This document shows positions 60,460 to 64,000 of a stretch of DNA of 64,000 bases, in pieces. Position 1 is the first letter of the stretch. Each line of letters opens with the position of its first letter. Made by a program: the position numbers and the translations under genes. Under the pieces are notes generated by a model, which was given only the letters and a program-made list of their open reading frames with translations, made no database searches and was not told the DNA's origin. Source of the DNA: Camelus ferus (Eukaryota); NCBI RefSeq assembly GCF_009834535.1, contig NC_045696.1, positions 5,954,001-6,018,000 of the forward strand, read 5' to 3'.

Positions 60460-61030
60460 ATGACAGAAAATTACCGTGAATGACAGGGAAGGAAGGACGG
60501 GTCCAATTTAAAAGAGGAAATGTAACAGGAATAAATCTAAAATGTGGCATTTAGTTCTGAAACCCAGCAGGACAGCTACCAGCTAGGGGAAGAGGGCCCA
60601 ACAGTGCCCATTTACAAAAAGAGTTTTAGTTGACTCTAAATCAGTCTCATTTCACGCCATGGGATTGTGCTGCCAAAAAGGCCAATGTGATTTTAGATCA
60701 TATTAATAGGAGTATAGTGGCTGAAACAAGGGAGGTGATACTGGTGAGACCACCCCTGGTGTGGCGGCCATATTCTCCAAGAAGAGCAACCCTGGAGGAG
60801 GATGAAGAGGATGGTGGAGTGTTCTGGAACCAAACAGCCCAGGGTTTTGGTCCGCAGAGGGAAGACAGAGAGCTATTCACTAAATGTGAAGAAACATCCC
60901 ATGACAAAGCAAAGGGACTTCTGCCACATGGACCTGGAGGATAGCTGGAATTGTGAAGGGCAGATCATTATCCAGGGTAAAGAAGAATTCTGTGGCAGTA
61001 AAAGTCACCCAAACGTGGAGAGTCCACCTG
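60460..61030 (+). mobile_element. CR1/L3 LINE ORF2 C-terminal relic
   Basis: Peptide CAAKKANVILDHINRSIVAETREVIL (60666-60743) matches the CR1 RT C-terminal motif (C.AAKKAN.ILG.I.RS..SR.REVI). Confidence 0.8.
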
Positions 61031-62454
61031 GTGAGGAGGACCGGGATGGGGCACCCACTCATCGGGGGCAGCGGCAGGGGACCAGGTCATTACTTCGAGG
61101 ACCCTTTTCGTTTATAGGATACAATGAACTGTGCTTAGATAAGGAAGGGGAGAGGACTGGAGAAGGCCAAAGAGTGGCCTGCTGCCTGGACTGTGAGTGT
61201 AGACTATTTATGCAAATACATTGTTCCCTTCAGTGCCTGAAACTCCCAGAGGTGAATTACCCGCTGAGGCAATGGTAGGTGAATCTGAGGCAATCGGCTA
61301 TCTCTCAGTCCACCCAAGCCCACAGTTGAATCAGATAGGGTGATTCATAGCAATCTGAAGTCAACTTTGAAAGCTGGGTTCTTCCTGAAACACCAGCCAG
61401 GTGCCCTCAGTGACAGATCAGGTATAGGGCTGGGCTCGGCCTGGGCTTGGTGGGGCTGGTTGACGGGGTTGCCCTCCTGTACCCTAAGAACTTTGGGAAG
61501 AGGGAGGGGAGCCCAGTGGCTGCTTCCTGGCCCCAGCTCTGAAAACCATTTAATTCTGTACAGTCAGCATTTCTCCACCAGAGTTGCCCTGGGCTTCCTT
61601 CCACGGGCAGATGTGTGGCCAGCGAGGCGGGTGGCCTGGCTCATACTGGAGATGACCAGTGGTGTTGCCAAGGTCAGTGGTCACTTCTTCCTGACTCTGA
61701 GATCCCGAGGCCCAGGTCTGGGTCTGTAGAGGCAAATGTTCACAAGGGGGTACTTTTGACACCTAAGTCCTTAAGGACTGAAGTCACAGATGGCCAAGGA
61801 GAGATGACACTCTTGATCATTTGGATACCACACTCGTCCCTGCCCACGATGCAAATAAAAGGCAAGGCCCAGGTGGCCTTGAGTGACAAGCGTGGCCACT
61901 TTTCCTAAGGAGGGAGGCTGGCTTTGGGATGCAGTGCATCGCGGGTCACACACCCAGGATTTTCTACCGTGGGTTCTCTAGGGCCCAGGGCTGCTCCGGC
62001 CCTGAGCTGGACTCAGCCACTCGGAGACCAGACTCACACATTCCAACGTGCTTAGTGGACAGGGACACCCTGAACCCGGGAGACAAAAGAACAGGTGAGA
62101 GAAGAATCAGTCGGCAAACACAGCGTGATCCTAAAATCACTTCATGTCACCGCAGGACTGCTCGCAACACACAGGCTCTCCTGGGAGGTTCCCGCAATTG
62201 TTCAGAGCAAGTACAAGATGAAGACGTGTCAGCCTGGCGTCTGAGCTGTAAATGCTGACGATCACCGGGTGTCAGACTCCGCAGGCCCCCCCCCCGGGGG
62301 GGCGTGGCTGAGGCCCGGTGATTCAGACCCAGCCCGTCACCTGTGACAGGGAGACCTCAGGCCTGGAGCACGCCCGCCCGGGACGTCTTGCTCAGACCTG
62401 CGGCTCCCGCTAGCTCTGGATACCCGGCTCCCATTCCTGGCACCGTTTTGGCTT

Positions 62455-62605
62455 CCCAATCCGTACCTGCTCTCCACGGGCCTGAGTCCTGTCATCTGAA
62501 AGTGCTGGTTCACAGGGAGCCTGTTCCTGGGCTCCTGCGGACCCGCCCCCGCCGCAGGGAGATCTGGAAGGGGAGACTTGCTCTCTGAAATGTGAACAAT
62601 GCCAA
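62455..62605. mobile_element. MER5-like relic
   Basis: ttcccaatcc..acctgc...gagtc..tcatctgaaagtgctggttcaca...ttcctgggctcc..c...cagggagatctgga.gggaga. Confidence 0.4.
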
Positions 62606-63384
62606 CGCAGTGCTGACCGCCACTGCCCCACATGACACAGTCTCTCATATAAACGGACATCAGCTGCAGAATTTGGGAGCAGGGAGTCAGCAGGCCTTCT
62701 GACAACACTTCCACTCCCTCCTCAGAACCTCTGCCACTGGGCTCTCCTCCCTCAACTCCCCCAGGGACAGTGCCCACTGAAGGGAGCGCTGGCAGGCAGG
62801 TCCCAAGACCCGGGAGGATGGCGTCTAAACCTGTGCCCCCAAATACCTCATCTTCCCACCTCGACCCCTTCCCGGCCTTCCTCTGCCAGTTTCTGGGCTT
62901 TGTACCCAGTTCCCACCACCCTGCTTCCCCTTGGCCTTTTCTTTTCTGCTGAGAAGGAGAAAAGCCATGAATTAGGATCCAGGCCCACGTTGCCTCTCCT
63001 CTGGGGCGGGGGTGGGGGGGGTCCATGTGGCCTGTTATCAATGGGGGTTCCTAGGTCCTGAGTTTTCAGTGCTAAAGCCAGGACAGTCCCCAGCAAACAG
63101 GACAGTTGGTCGCCTCCTTATTAGTTACTCCCTTAGGGTTAAGAATGGTGATTCTTACAATTATTTTGATCCTGAGTCTTCTGAGAATCTTCTAGCGTGT
63201 GTATGGGCCCTTAGACACATCTCTTTGCATACATTTTCAGGGATGCTGAGATTGGCTTAACAATTCACAGGGGAATTTGGCAACCCATGGACCTGTCCAG
63301 AGACCCAGGGCAAAGACCCAGCCCATGGGGAGGGAGCTGGACATTGTGCTTGAGTTCATGAGCTCTGGGGACAGAGTGAGCCTG

Positions 63385-63475
63385 CTTTCTGGCCAAGCTG
63401 GGCCACTTCCAGCTGTGAACCCATGGCCAAGTGTCCTAACCTCCCCAAGCCTCTCCTTCTGCATCTGAGAACCTG
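63385..63475 (+). mobile_element. MIR SINE fragment
   Basis: ccacttccagctgtgaacc..tggccaagtg.cctaacctccccaagcctc...ttc.gcatctg. Confidence 0.65.
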
Positions 63476-63866
63476 AAATTAGACCTGCTTCATAAGTGTG
63501 GTGAAGACATAACAATACAGAAACAGTGCAAAGTATAGATCCCTGCACACGTGAATCTGTCCAAAACATATGCGGAGATGCTGTGTGCCGAGGACTGTTG
63601 TGGGTTCGAGGTATGTCAGGGAACAGGACAATATCCTTGCCTCCGAGAGCTGGGGTTTTTGTAGATTAAGGCTTAATAAATAGTAGCTGTTTTGATTTCT
63701 GTGGTTATTAATAACAGTTGGATTCAGAACTTACCAGTACATCCACTTTTATGTCTGCTCACGGATGGTCACCTGACAGTGCTATCCTCTGCAGGGGTGA
63801 AGGCTGACAAGCTTTTAGACTGAGGGCAAAAGCCTCCTGTGTCTACCTTTATTAAAACACTGTTAT

Positions 63867-63938
63867 AACACAACATTGTAAATCAGCTGTATTTCAATTT
63901 TTAAGAATAATAAAGTAAGATTTTATGATAAAAAAGAA
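63867..63938 (+). mobile_element. Very short artiodactyl L1 3' terminus
   Basis: aacacaacattgtaaatcagctgtatttcaat followed by an A-rich tail; same terminus as at ~38460-38500. Confidence 0.7.
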
Positions 63939-64000
63939 ACCCATGCTGTCATGGCCTCAGTGCTTCAGTCTTTCTTACTGGTATTTTAAAGAAGTTGATC

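Noticed and set aside
62337..63041. 234-aa ORF, the longest in the track
   Set aside because: Non-ATG start, Gly/Pro/Arg composition typical of GC-rich non-coding DNA, crosses a probable MER5 relic
1..64000. Assignment to a named gene locus or a novel multi-gene system
   Set aside because: No exon with recognisable protein homology, RNA gene or operon-like organisation is visible; synteny cannot be established without a search

Overview
Mammalian nuclear DNA, very probably camelid (alpaca/llama/camel). The evidence is six copies of a tRNA-derived SINE matching the camelid type (GGGGAGGGTAYAGCTCAGTGGTAGAG...CAGTACCTCCATTAA...CCTAATT) and artiodactyl-type L1 3' ends. I find no supportable protein-coding gene: the ORF track consists of chance ORFs, simple-repeat ORFs and retrotransposon relics (L1 ORF2, CR1/L3 RT). 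The window looks intergenic or deep intronic. It is dense in old repeats (many MaLR/MLT1 solo LTRs, three ERV1-type solo LTRs, MER20/MER5/MER58/MER119/MER44/Tigger1 DNA-transposon relics, L2, MIR, L1M), separated by repeat-poor stretches that may be regulatory. The best-supported structural observations are three separate L1 insertions with 5' inversions (twin-priming architecture, two with clear TSDs) and two SINE + L1-3'-end fusions. Weaker candidates are a 40-nt micro-exon/recursive splice motif, a 184-nt exon, several transcription-factor motif clusters and a CpG-rich promoter-like segment. I see no convincing evidence of a new biological system. Repeat family names come from recalled consensus sequences, not from a database search, and boundaries are approximate unless a TSD is quoted.
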